Origin: Elusimicrobia bacterium GWF2_62_30
GTDB taxonomy: Bacteria; Elusimicrobiota; Elusimicrobia; Elusimicrobiales; UBA9959
Assembly (NCBI GenBank): GCA_001799995.1
Contig: MGUK01000085.1
Location: forward strand, 21-64,020
Length of the DNA: 64,000 nt
Direction: 5' to 3'
Positions 1 to 8,067 of the stretch are shown here, piece after piece; position 1 is the first letter of the stretch; the number at the start of each line of letters is the position of its first letter. A program made the position numbers and the translations under genes. The notes beneath the pieces are model-generated. The model saw only the letters and a program-made list of their open reading frames with translations, was not told where the DNA came from and ran no database searches.

Positions 1-2066
1 TCACGCGCATAACTTCCGGCGGCGACTGGAACGGCAATACGGTAGGCGTGGGTTACGGCGGCACGGGCATGACCTCCGGTACGCAGTGGGGCATGCCATA
101 TTTCTCCGCCGCCGCTGCGATGGGCTCCATAAGCGCAGGCACCGCTGGCCAAGCGCTGTTGGCCGGCGGGACCAGTGCCCCTTCATGGGGCACGCTAAGC
201 GCTTCTTACGGCGGCACCGGGCAGACTGGCGGCTACGCGGTGGGTGATATCCTCTACGCGTCCGGCGCCGGCACCCTTTCCAAGCTAAGCGATGTTATCA
301 CCGGGAACGTCCTCCTTTCAGGCGGCGTTACTACGGCCCCCTTCTACGGCAAGGTGGGGCTGACCTCGCACGTCAGCGGCGTGCTCGCAATAATTAACGG
401 CGGCACTAATTCCAGCACCGCGCTCACCGCTAGCGCCGTCATGGTCTCCAACGGCTCGGCGATAATCCAGGGCCCGCAGGGCACCACGGCCACTGTACTC
501 CACGGCAACGCGGGGGGGCAGCCCAGTTACGGACAGGTGCAACTGGCCGCCGCTTCCGCCGAGGTCAGCGGCATCCTGCCCATGGCCAACGGCGGGACAG
601 GCCTCTCGGGCGTGACCGGCATCCTTTATGGAACCGGCAGCAACCCGCTTTCCCAGGCTGTCGGGACCGCGAACACTATAGCCAAATGGACCACGGCTAA
701 TTACGTTGGGAACAGCAACCTGACCGATAACGGCACACAGGTGGTCTCAGCCGTCGGCTTTACCTCCCTGTCCAGCGGCACGTTCCGAGCCAGCGGCGCG
801 GCGCAGTACAGCCTGGAAACTGCTTCCGGTATTTATATAACGGCCGGGACCTTCAGAATGCCTAACGGCGCTGTGGATGGTTATGTACTGGGCACCGACG
901 CCACCGGGAAGGCCACCTGGAAATCCGTGGGCGCCGGCGGCGTGGGCGACGACTGGGGCGACCAGGTCGTGATACTTAATGCCAACGGCACTCTTTCCGG
1001 CAGCGGTATCAACAGCGATAAACTCGGCATAAACCTTGGCAACACAAATACCTGGACCGGTGTGCAGACTTTCAGCAACGGCCTCAGCGGCGCGCTTAAC
1101 GGCAACGCTACCACAGCCACCACGGCCACGAACCTCGATGGCGGCGGCAGCTATTCCTTCCCGTACCAAAGCGCCGCCGACACCACGGCGATGCTTGCCG
1201 CCGGCACCGCCGGCTACCTGCTGCAGACCAACAACACCGGCTCGGCGCCCACCTGGGTGCAGGCAACCGACACGAGCGTGATCAATACCATAGTTAAGCG
1301 CAACGGCTCCGGTAACTTCACCGCCGCTACCATCACCGCAACAAGCTTTGCCGGCGCGCTCAACGGCAACGCCAATACGGCCACGACAGCGACTACGGCG
1401 ACCAATATCGCAGGCGGCGGAAACTACTCCTTCCCATACCAGAGCGCGGCCGGTACAACGGCAATGCTGGCCGCGGGTACTGCCGGGTACCTGCTGCAGA
1501 CGAATAACACAGGTTCGCTGCCGACCTGGGTGCAGGCAACCGACACGAGCGTAATCAATACCATTGTTAAACGTAACGGCTCCGGTAACTTCACCGCCGC
1601 TACCATTACCGCGACCAGCTTTGCCGGCGCGCTCAACGGCAACGCCAATACGGCTACTACGGCCACCACTGCGACCAATATTGCCGGCGGAGCCGCGTAT
1701 TCTGTCCCGTACCAAACAAGCGGCGGCGCGACGGCGATGCTTGCCGCCGGCACTGACGGCTACGTTTTGACGACACATGGCGCGGGTACCATTCTCAGCT
1801 GGGCGGCAATAAATGTTGACCTGACAAGCGAAGTGTCAGGACAGTTACCGGTCGGCTCCGGCGGAACGGGGGTGGGCGGTTTTAATCCTGACGCGGTCTT
1901 GGTCGCGGATGCTACCGGCAACGGCATGACCGTTGGAGTAACCGGATTGTCGCCGGCTTCGCCGGTTACGTTTCAGGTCGTGGGGTCCACGATCACATCG
2001 ACGTGTTACAACCTGACTTTCGATCACGGTATACTTACGACAAAAACTACGGTGGCCTGTCAGTGA
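1..2066 (+). CDS. Repeat-rich secreted or tail-fibre-like protein, C-terminal part (5' end lies outside the window)
   Basis: Frame 3 is open from nt 3, with no stop before the GTG at 48 used by the track, through to TGA 2064-2066. The protein is Gly/Thr/Ala-rich with recurring GGTG modules (YGGTG, INGGT, MANGGTG, GSGGTG) like phage tail-fibre or adhesin repeats. It has 2.6 tandem units of about 90 aa and is followed by a strong terminator. Confidence 0.6.
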   Translation, partial: TRITSGGDWNGNTVGVGYGGTGMTSGTQWGMPYFSAAAAMGSISAGTAGQALLAGGTSAPSWGTLSASYGGTGQTGGYAVGDILYASGAGTLSKLSDVITGNVLLSGGVTTAPFYGKVGLTSHVSGVLAIINGGTNSSTALTASAVMVSNGSAIIQGPQGTTATVLHGNAGGQPSYGQVQLAAASAEVSGILPMANGGTGLSGVTGILYGTGSNPLSQAVGTANTIAKWTTANYVGNSNLTDNGTQVVSAVGFTSLSSGTFRASGAAQYSLETASGIYITAGTFRMPNGAVDGYVLGTDATGKATWKSVGAGGVGDDWGDQVVILNANGTLSGSGINSDKLGINLGNTNTWTGVQTFSNGLSGALNGNATTATTATNLDGGGSYSFPYQSAADTTAMLAAGTAGYLLQTNNTGSAPTWVQATDTSVINTIVKRNGSGNFTAATITATSFAGALNGNANTATTATTATNIAGGGNYSFPYQSAAGTTAMLAAGTAGYLLQTNNTGSLPTWVQATDTSVINTIVKRNGSGNFTAATITATSFAGALNGNANTATTATTATNIAGGAAYSVPYQTSGGATAMLAAGTDGYVLTTHGAGTILSWAAINVDLTSEVSGQLPVGSGGTGVGGFNPDAVLVADATGNGMTVGVTGLSPASPVTFQVVGSTITSTCYNLTFDHGILTTKTTVACQ
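1089..1790 (+). repeat. In-frame tandem repeat inside the tail-fibre-like gene (units of 264 and 273 nt plus a partial third)
   Basis: The unit start ggcgcgct(t/c)aacggcaacgc occurs at 1089, 1353 and 1626. The protein units read NGNA..TATTATN..GG.YSFPYQSAA.TTAMLAAGTAGYLLQTNNTGS.PTWVQATDTSVINTIVKRNGSGNFTAATITATSFAGAL. Confidence 0.9.
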
Positions 2067-2079
2067 CCTGTGATTATCC

Positions 2080-2214
2080 CCAGGGTCTTTGCGGTGAGGC
2101 AGGAGCGGGCTTTGGCGGAACCGGCGGCGGCCAGTTGAAGGGTAGCGTTAAGTAGTTCTGAAAGTTTCAGCGCCATCAAAAGGGCGGTTTCCCTAAGGAA
2201 GCCGCCCTTTTTTT
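2080..2214 (-). pseudogene. Degenerate second copy of the waaA 3' coding end (relic fragment)
   Basis: Aligns by eye to 3215-3364 inside waaA. Perfect blocks are agttctgaaagtttcagcgccat (2154-2176 = 3304-3326), aggaagccgcccttt (2196-2210 = 3346-3360) and gggctttggcgga (2107-2119 = 3251-3263), with a 6-nt in-frame indel between blocks. The minus-strand translation KGGFLRETALLMALKLSELLNATLQLAAAGSAKA parallels WaaA KGGFLTGTAPAMALKLSELLNAPAQLQAACANSAKA. No start codon is present. Confidence 0.6.
2178..2214. terminator. Bidirectional rho-independent terminator between the tail-fibre-like gene and the minus-strand array
   Basis: Stem aaaagggcggtttcc / ggaagccgccctttt (one G-T wobble) with a 4-nt loop. 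T7 follows on the plus strand and an A-tract/T-run lies on the other side. Confidence 0.7.
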
Positions 2215-2215
2215 A

Positions 2216-3193
2216 CTACTGTGCTAGATAGAAGGGCGAGAGGGCGCCGGTTTCGTCGAGGGTGTGGGGGGTGGCGGAGTAGCCGCCTTCCAGGGCGGGG
2301 TCCATTTCAAAAATATAAAAGGCCGAGCTGAGCTTCTGCAGGCGATCGGCCGGGTTGGCGGAGAAGCGCCGGCCGGTGGCCGGCATTACGCATTGGCCGT
2401 CGGCGGCGCGGCAATGGGCGGCGTAAAGCTCTTTGCGGATGGCGTAGCTGTAGGGCCGGTTCATGGCGGTGCCGGAGATGATCTGCCGCACCGGCAGGCC
2501 GTCGCTCTGGTCCCACACTAAATGTTCGTGGCCGCATACGTAGGCGGCGGCGTTCCCGTCGGCCAGCGCGGAGCCCAGTTCCTTCCTGAACGATGCGTTG
2601 GGCCTGGCCATGGCCGAGGCCAGCGGCACGTGGCCGAAAACGAAACGCAGGCCAGAAGCCCCGGCCAGGTCCTTCTTCAGCCAGGCGAGCTGCTCGGCGG
2701 AGATGTCCTGGTCGGTTATCGACAGCAGCGTGAAATGCGCGCCGCCGTGGTCGAAAGAATAATAATGCGGCGGCTTGCCCTTCAGGTCCAGGCCGGCCAG
2801 CCCCGGGCTGAAATCCGCCCAGGCCGCTTTGTAGGCCTGGCGGTGGGCGCTGGTATAGGAATCATGGTTGCCGGGGATGGGCGCCACGGGTATGCCGGCC
2901 TCGCGCAGCGGCTCCAGGGCCTTCTTTACGCTGCCCCACCATTTGCCGGCCGCCTCCGCGGAAAACCCGTCGTCGGGGTTGCCGCGGGTAAGGTCGCCGG
3001 TGAGGATGACCAGGTCCGGCTTCTCGGCCGCCAGGCGGGCTATGGCGTTCTTAAGGAAAGGGCCCACGCTCTGGGCCGGGTCAGCCTGCTTGCCTACGTG
3101 TATATCCGAGAGCACGGCAAACTTCCAGCCGGCCTCGGCTTGCCCGGCGGCGAGGTAAGATAGCAACATTATGGCGGCTAAAAAGTATTTCAT
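2216..3193 (-). CDS. Secreted metallophosphoesterase (calcineurin-like)
   Basis: Signal peptide MKYFLAAIMLLSYLAAGQAEA. Ordered motifs LSDIHVG (DxH), LTGDLT (GD), PGNHDS (GNHD) and CGHEHL (GHxH). Confidence 0.85.
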   Translation of the reverse strand: MKYFLAAIMLLSYLAAGQAEAGWKFAVLSDIHVGKQADPAQSVGPFLKNAIARLAAEKPDLVILTGDLTRGNPDDGFSAEAAGKWWGSVKKALEPLREAGIPVAPIPGNHDSYTSAHRQAYKAAWADFSPGLAGLDLKGKPPHYYSFDHGGAHFTLLSITDQDISAEQLAWLKKDLAGASGLRFVFGHVPLASAMARPNASFRKELGSALADGNAAAYVCGHEHLVWDQSDGLPVRQIISGTAMNRPYSYAIRKELYAAHCRAADGQCVMPATGRRFSANPADRLQKLSSAFYIFEMDPALEGGYSATPHTLDETGALSPFYLAQ

Positions 3194-3197
3194 ATCT

Positions 3198-4454
3198 TTA
3201 CCGGGAAAGCGCCGCCAGGGTCCTGGCGGTGGCGCCTTTGAGGGAGGAGAGGGCTTTGGCGGAGTTGGCGCAGGCGGCCTGCAGTTGAGCGGGAGCGTTG
3301 AGCAGTTCTGAAAGTTTCAGCGCCATGGCAGGGGCGGTTCCCGTGAGGAAGCCGCCCTTTTCCTTCAGCAGGGATTCCCCGGCCTGCCGGGCGTTGCGGT
3401 AGTTGGGGCCGAAGAGTACTGGTTTGGAATAGAGCGCCGGTTCCAGCAGGTTATGCCCGCCGGTGTCGTCGAGGGTACCGCCTACGAAGCAGACGGCGGA
3501 GACGGCGTAGAAGGCCTGCAGCAGGCCCATCGCGTCCACTATGACGCAGTCGCGCCCGGTTTCCCGGGTGCTCCACTTGGTGTACTCCACGCAGCGCTCC
3601 CGCAGGGCAGCTTCGGTCTCCGCCAGGCGTTCAGGGTGGCGGGGGACAAGCGCCAGCTTAAGACCGGGCACGGTCTTTTTAGCCTCAAGAAAAGCGTCGG
3701 CCAGCAGCGGCTCTTCCGCGGGGTGGGTGCTGCCGGCGGTGAACAGCGGGCAGCCTTCCCAGCCCGCGGCTTTCAAAAATTCCTTTACTTTGTCGGCGCC
3801 GGCGCCGGAAGCCCCGAGCTGGTCGTGTTTGAGGTTGCCGGTGACCGTTACCTTGTCCGCCAGGCCGGGGAGGCTGCGGAAGCGCAGCGCGTCGGCCTCG
3901 CTCTGCGCCAGCACTTGTTTTACGCCGGAGAACATAAGCCGGGAAAGCGGCCCCAGCGCGCGGTAAAGCGCCAGCGTGCCGGGGGAGATGCGGGCGTTGG
4001 CGAGATAGACCGGCACCCCCGCCCTGGCCGCCGCTATGAACATGGCCGGCCAGATCTCGGTCTCTATCACCACCAGCATGCGCGGCCGGTGGCGTGTTAT
4101 AAAGCGTTTGACCAGCGGGTAGAAATCGAGCGGCGCAAAACGCGCGCCGGGGGTAAGCCGGGAGGCTTCGGCCCTGCCCGAAGAGGTGGACGCGGTTATC
4201 AAGAGCGGCGCTTTCTCCGCGGCTGCCAGCTCCGGGGCCAGCTTCGAGATGGCCTTCACCTCGCCCATGGAGGCGGTGTGCAGCCAGACCGGGGCGCCTG
4301 CCACCGGCAGAACCGCCAGGGCCAGGCGTTCGCCCAGCTCGCCGCCCAGGCTTTTCATCAGGGAGCGGCGGGGGGAAAGCAGGAAATACAGGGCGTAAAG
4401 CGCCGCTATGACGGGCGCGAGCAGGCTGTAGAGGAGCAGGAGCAGGTATCCCAT
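3198..4454 (-). CDS. waaA: 3-deoxy-D-manno-octulosonic acid (Kdo) transferase
   Basis: N-terminal membrane anchor. VWLHTASMGEV and GGTLDDTGGHNLLEPA match the conserved KdtA/WaaA signature regions. Length is 418 aa. Confidence 0.85.
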   Translation of the reverse strand: MGYLLLLLYSLLAPVIAALYALYFLLSPRRSLMKSLGGELGERLALAVLPVAGAPVWLHTASMGEVKAISKLAPELAAAEKAPLLITASTSSGRAEASRLTPGARFAPLDFYPLVKRFITRHRPRMLVVIETEIWPAMFIAAARAGVPVYLANARISPGTLALYRALGPLSRLMFSGVKQVLAQSEADALRFRSLPGLADKVTVTGNLKHDQLGASGAGADKVKEFLKAAGWEGCPLFTAGSTHPAEEPLLADAFLEAKKTVPGLKLALVPRHPERLAETEAALRERCVEYTKWSTRETGRDCVIVDAMGLLQAFYAVSAVCFVGGTLDDTGGHNLLEPALYSKPVLFGPNYRNARQAGESLLKEKGGFLTGTAPAMALKLSELLNAPAQLQAACANSAKALSSLKGATARTLAALSR

Positions 4455-4472
4455 TGTGGGGGGCGCGCCGGG

Positions 4473-5105
4473 CTATTTCTTGGAGGCCGACGCGCTTTTC
4501 TTCTTTTTGCGGGAAAGCCAGGGCAGGGCGAACACCGCCGAATACTTGGGCGAGAAGGCGCCGGTGTCGAAAGAGACGCCTATCTTGTCCGCCTCGAGCC
4601 TGGCGCAGAGGGCTTTTATCAGTTCGTTCTCGTAAAGGGGCACGGAGGTGGCTTCCTGCGGCTGGGATTCCTGCTCCGGGCAGGAGGAGATGTAGATGGC
4701 GGGGGACAGTTCGAACCCTTCGGGCTCAGCTTCGCGCAGCGCCAGCCCCGTGGTTACGCCCACCGCGGTATTCAGGAAGATCTGCGCCGCTATCCGGTTA
4801 AGGCGCTTGTGGGTGTCGTCCGCCGCGGCGTCCACCTTCGCTTCGAAGGGGGCGCCCAGCGTAAGGATACCCGCCGTCAGCGGGGAGGGGGTATCGCCGT
4901 TGATGCGCATGGCCAGGGCGTCTTCCGGCGCCAGGTATTCAAAGACCAGGGCCGGCTCCAGCGCCGTGGCCAGGCCCGACGCGTATTCGCGCATGGCGGC
5001 TTCGTCGTCGAGCCCTATGCCGGCCAGGTCCAGCTTGTGCTTGCGCGCGCGGCGCAGCACCTCGTAGGAGTAGACCTGGATCTTGAAGTTCTTTATCTTG
5101 CGCAC
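4473..5105 (-). CDS. Hypothetical protein (210 aa) with a Lys-rich C-terminus
   Basis: Clean ORF packed between secF and waaA on the same strand. I recognise no motif with confidence. Confidence 0.6.
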   Translation of the reverse strand: MRKIKNFKIQVYSYEVLRRARKHKLDLAGIGLDDEAAMREYASGLATALEPALVFEYLAPEDALAMRINGDTPSPLTAGILTLGAPFEAKVDAAADDTHKRLNRIAAQIFLNTAVGVTTGLALREAEPEGFELSPAIYISSCPEQESQPQEATSVPLYENELIKALCARLEADKIGVSFDTGAFSPKYSAVFALPWLSRKKKKSASASKK

Positions 5106-5141
5106 ATCGGCTCCAGAACTGATAACGGCTTTCTTCCCGGC

Positions 5142-6038
5142 TTATTTCCTGTGGCCTTTGCCCTCCCACTGGTAAACCAGCGGGGTGGCAATGGCGATGG
5201 TGGAGTAGGTGCCGCAGATGCTGCCGACGAGCATGGCGAAGGCGAAGTTGTTGATGACCTCGCCGCCGAACACGAAGAGTATCAGCACGACGCCCAGCAC
5301 GGTGAGGTTGGTGATCAGCGTGCGCGACAGCGTCTCGTTCACGCTGGTGTTGGCCAGCTGCCCCAGCGGCATCTTGGGGAAGATCCTCATATTCTCGCGC
5401 ATGCGGTCGAAGATGACGATGGTGTCGTTGATGGAGTAACCGGCTATGGTCAAGAGGGCCGCCACTATGACCAGGTCTATCTCCCGGTTGGTGATGGACA
5501 TGGCGCCCATGACCACCGCCACGTCGTGGAAGATGGCCAGCACGCCCGCCGCGCCCCAGGTGGGGTTGGAGAAGCGGAAGGCCACGTAAACGATGATGCC
5601 GAAGAAGGACAGGATGATGGCGAACAGGGCCTTCTTAGCCAGGTCGCGGCCCACCACGGGCCCGACGTAGTCCTGCTTCTCCTCGTTGAACTTGTTCCCG
5701 GGCAGGTTGGCCGTGAGGCTGGAGATTATCTTGTCGGCTGTCTCCCTGGCGTTCTCCTGGGAACCCTTTACCTTGATCTGGTAGGAGTTCCGGTCGGAGA
5801 GGCTCTGGATGACCGCATCGAGGCCGCCTTTGCTCATGGCCCCGCGGATCTCGGCCGTGGTAACGGGCTGCTCGAAGCGCAGCTGCAGCAGCGTGCCGCC
5901 GGTGAAGTCCAGCCCCAGGTTCAGGCCTTTGATGGACATGGAGAGCAGGCCCGCGCCTATCACCACCGCCGAAATGGCGAAGAAGATATGGCGCTTGGCC
6001 ATAAAGTTAATGTTCGTTTTCTTAATGAGTATCATCAT
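5142..6038 (-). CDS. secF: Protein translocase subunit SecF
   Basis: N-terminal GLNLGLDFTGGT and the multi-TM C-terminal half typical of SecF. An ATGA overlap links it to secD. Confidence 0.9.
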   Translation of the reverse strand: MMILIKKTNINFMAKRHIFFAISAVVIGAGLLSMSIKGLNLGLDFTGGTLLQLRFEQPVTTAEIRGAMSKGGLDAVIQSLSDRNSYQIKVKGSQENARETADKIISSLTANLPGNKFNEEKQDYVGPVVGRDLAKKALFAIILSFFGIIVYVAFRFSNPTWGAAGVLAIFHDVAVVMGAMSITNREIDLVIVAALLTIAGYSINDTIVIFDRMRENMRIFPKMPLGQLANTSVNETLSRTLITNLTVLGVVLILFVFGGEVINNFAFAMLVGSICGTYSTIAIATPLVYQWEGKGHRK

Positions 6039-7468
6039 ATGCTGAGCTCCTTGGGATTGGAGGTGAGCCAGAATTCATAAATGACCCTGGTCACGAAAAC
6101 AGAGGTGAACATACCGAGCAGCAGGCCGATGGTGAGCGTGACGGCGAAGCCCTTCACCGGGCCGGAGCCGAACTGGAAGAGGAAGATTGCCGCTATCCAG
6201 GTGGTCACGTTGGAGTCCAGGATGGCGCTCCAGGCCTTGTCGTAGGCGGTGGGGATGATCATCGCCACCGGCTTGGACAGGGCCATTTCTTCGCGCATGC
6301 GCTCGAGGATAAGCACGTTGGCGTCGATGGCCATTGCCAGCGACAGGATCATGCCGGCGATGCCCGGCAGGGTCAGCGTGGCGCCGAAGTAGCTCATCGC
6401 GGCCAAGAGCAGCACAAAGTTCAGGGCCAGGGCGATGTCGGCTACCAGGCCGCCCGCCTTGTAATAGACCACCATGAAGATGACGACCAGGATGAAGCCG
6501 ATGCCGGCCGCGGAGACGCCTTTCTTGATGGAGTCTTCGCCCAGCTCCGGTCCCACCACACGCTTCTCGATGATGTTGACCGGCGCCGGCAGGGCGCCGG
6601 CGCGCAGGATGATGGCCAGGTTGCGGGCCTCTTCCATGGTAAAGGAGCCTTCGATCACGCCGGAGCCGCCGCCGATGCGGGTCTTGATGACGGGCGCGGA
6701 GTGGACCACGCCGTCAAGCACGATGGCCAGGTATTTGCCGACGTTGGCGCCGGTGAAGTTCTCGAAGATCTTGCCGCCTTCCTTGTTGAAGGTGAAGTCG
6801 ATGTTGGGCGTGCCGAACTGCTGGTCGGTGGCCACGCGGGCGTTCTCGAGGAAGGCGCCGGTGACGGGGACGCTGTCGAACAGCACGTAGTAGCGGGTCC
6901 GCTCGCCTTCCGGGCCGGGAGCGGCCTTGAACAGGCCCGAGCCCTTGGGCAGCAGCTTGGCTATTTCGGGCGTAGGCGTGCCGTCCTTGTTCAGCGGGGG
7001 GGCGTCCATGTTTTCGGCCTTGGTCATCACGGCCTGCGCGTCGCTGGAATCGTTCACCAGGCGGAACTCGAGCAGGGCGGTCTTGCCGATGAGGTTCTCG
7101 GCTTCTTCGGTATTGGAGATGCCGGGCAGGTCCACCGAGATCCAGTGGTCGCCCTGGCGGGCTATGGGGGTTTCACCCACGCCGTACTGGTCCACGCGGT
7201 TGCGGATGATCTCTATGGCGCGGGCCATGGCGTCGTTGAGCTGTTCTTTCTTATCGAGCTTGTTCACGTCCAGCTCCAGCAGCAGGTGGGTGCCGCCGCG
7301 CAGGTCCAGGCCCAGGTTGAGGATGCGCGTGGGGCGCATGCGCATGGCCTCGGTCTTGGCCCTCTCGTCGTTGGTCTTGGTGTACCACTCTATGCCGGGG
7401 TACAGCAGCCAGAATGAAAGGATGAGGAGGCCCAGGACGGTGCCTATCTTCCAGTGTAATTTAGTCAT
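6035..7468 (-). CDS. secD: Protein translocase subunit SecD
   Basis: LGLDLRGG motif, periplasmic domain, and a C-terminal six-TM block homologous to SecF. Located directly upstream of secF. Confidence 0.9.
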   Translation of the reverse strand: MTKLHWKIGTVLGLLILSFWLLYPGIEWYTKTNDERAKTEAMRMRPTRILNLGLDLRGGTHLLLELDVNKLDKKEQLNDAMARAIEIIRNRVDQYGVGETPIARQGDHWISVDLPGISNTEEAENLIGKTALLEFRLVNDSSDAQAVMTKAENMDAPPLNKDGTPTPEIAKLLPKGSGLFKAAPGPEGERTRYYVLFDSVPVTGAFLENARVATDQQFGTPNIDFTFNKEGGKIFENFTGANVGKYLAIVLDGVVHSAPVIKTRIGGGSGVIEGSFTMEEARNLAIILRAGALPAPVNIIEKRVVGPELGEDSIKKGVSAAGIGFILVVIFMVVYYKAGGLVADIALALNFVLLLAAMSYFGATLTLPGIAGMILSLAMAIDANVLILERMREEMALSKPVAMIIPTAYDKAWSAILDSNVTTWIAAIFLFQFGSGPVKGFAVTLTIGLLLGMFTSVFVTRVIYEFWLTSNPKELSI

Positions 7469-7546
7469 TGCCGATGCTCCTTGTTCGTGTCCGTTTTGCC
7501 TGCGGCGGCGCGGCTAACCCGCGCGGGCCGCGCCGAAAAACCTGTT

Positions 7547-7822
7547 TTACTTGGCCGGGGGCAGGATGGCGCCGATGGCGCTGCGGGTGAATAGGGCTTT
7601 TACGCCCTTGGCGATCTCCACTTCCACTTCGTCGCCTTTTATCCCGGCTATCTGCCCGATCATGCCGCCGCGGGTGACCACTTTGTCGCCGGCTTTGAGG
7701 GCGTCGAGCATGGCTTTGGTTTCTTTGAGCTGCTTCTGCTGGGGTCTGATGAGCAGGAAATAGAAGATAGCCGCTACGGCTATGAAAGGTACCAGCTGCA
7801 TTATGGCCGCGTTCTGGTTCAT
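7547..7822 (-). CDS. yajC: Preprotein translocase subunit YajC
   Basis: 91 aa with a single N-terminal TM. FYFLLIRPQQKQ and GDKVVTRGGMIG are typical YajC motifs. GGAGGA RBS upstream. Confidence 0.9.
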   Translation of the reverse strand: MNQNAAIMQLVPFIAVAAIFYFLLIRPQQKQLKETKAMLDALKAGDKVVTRGGMIGQIAGIKGDEVEVEIAKGVKALFTRSAIGAILPPAK

Positions 7823-7853
7823 GTGTCCTCCGTCGTCAAATGTTGCAGTGATT

Positions 7854-7862
7854 ATTCTAACA
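7854..7862 (-). promoter_or_regulatory. Extended -10 promoter element (TGTTAGAAT) for yajC-secDF
   Basis: The minus strand reads tttgTTAGAATaatc inside the only AT-rich stretch upstream of yajC. The -35 is poor (ATGATA at 17 nt). Confidence 0.4.
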
Positions 7863-7908
7863 AATTTTTAAATATATATCATTGAGTTTCCACAGTTCCA
7901 GCGCTGTC

Positions 7909-8049
7909 GCGTCATGGCGACGCGTGGACCGGGTTAGCAAAACCTTCCGACGACTGAGCCTTGCGTAAGCGGCGAAGGAGGAGGATGAGCGACGGCCACG
8001 GTGCTGGCCGAGCGCGTTTTGCGTTCCGGTCCACACGGCACCATGACGC
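7909..8049. repeat. Long imperfect inverted repeat (35/34-nt arms, 72-nt spacer), a candidate structured RNA or MITE-like element
   Basis: The arm gcgtcatggcgacgcgtggaccgggttagcaaaac (7909-7943) faces gttttgcgttccggtccacacggcaccatgacgc (8016-8049). About 28 positions pair. Two of the three point mismatches become G-U wobbles only in a minus-strand transcript. Confidence 0.6.
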
Positions 8050-8067
8050 AGGGGATCTAGGGGGCTT

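Noticed and set aside
1-2215. Calling the left edge a prophage
   Set aside because: Only one tail-fibre-like gene fragment is visible. There is no integrase, capsid, terminase or att site in the window.
4473-5105. Assigning the 210-aa protein to the methionine-synthase activation-domain-like family
   Set aside because: I have only a vague resemblance in the N-terminal EVLRRA segment, which is not enough to support a call.
3453-6080. 875-aa plus-strand ORF
   Set aside because: It lies antisense to waaA, the 210-aa gene and secF, all of which have clear family signatures. It is Arg/Gly/Ala-rich low-complexity sequence.
7506-7535. Perfect 9-bp GC hairpin (cggcgcggc ... gccgcgccg) between yajC and secD, considered as a terminator
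   Set aside because: On the transcribed (minus) strand it is not followed by a U-run, and yajC-secDF are normally co-transcribed. At most it is an mRNA stability element.
7904-8052. Identification of the inverted-repeat element as SRP RNA or 6S RNA
   Set aside because: I could not find the conserved SRP domain-IV motif (GGAA...AGCA context). The length and bubble architecture do not clearly fit 6S RNA. It is left as an unclassified structured element.
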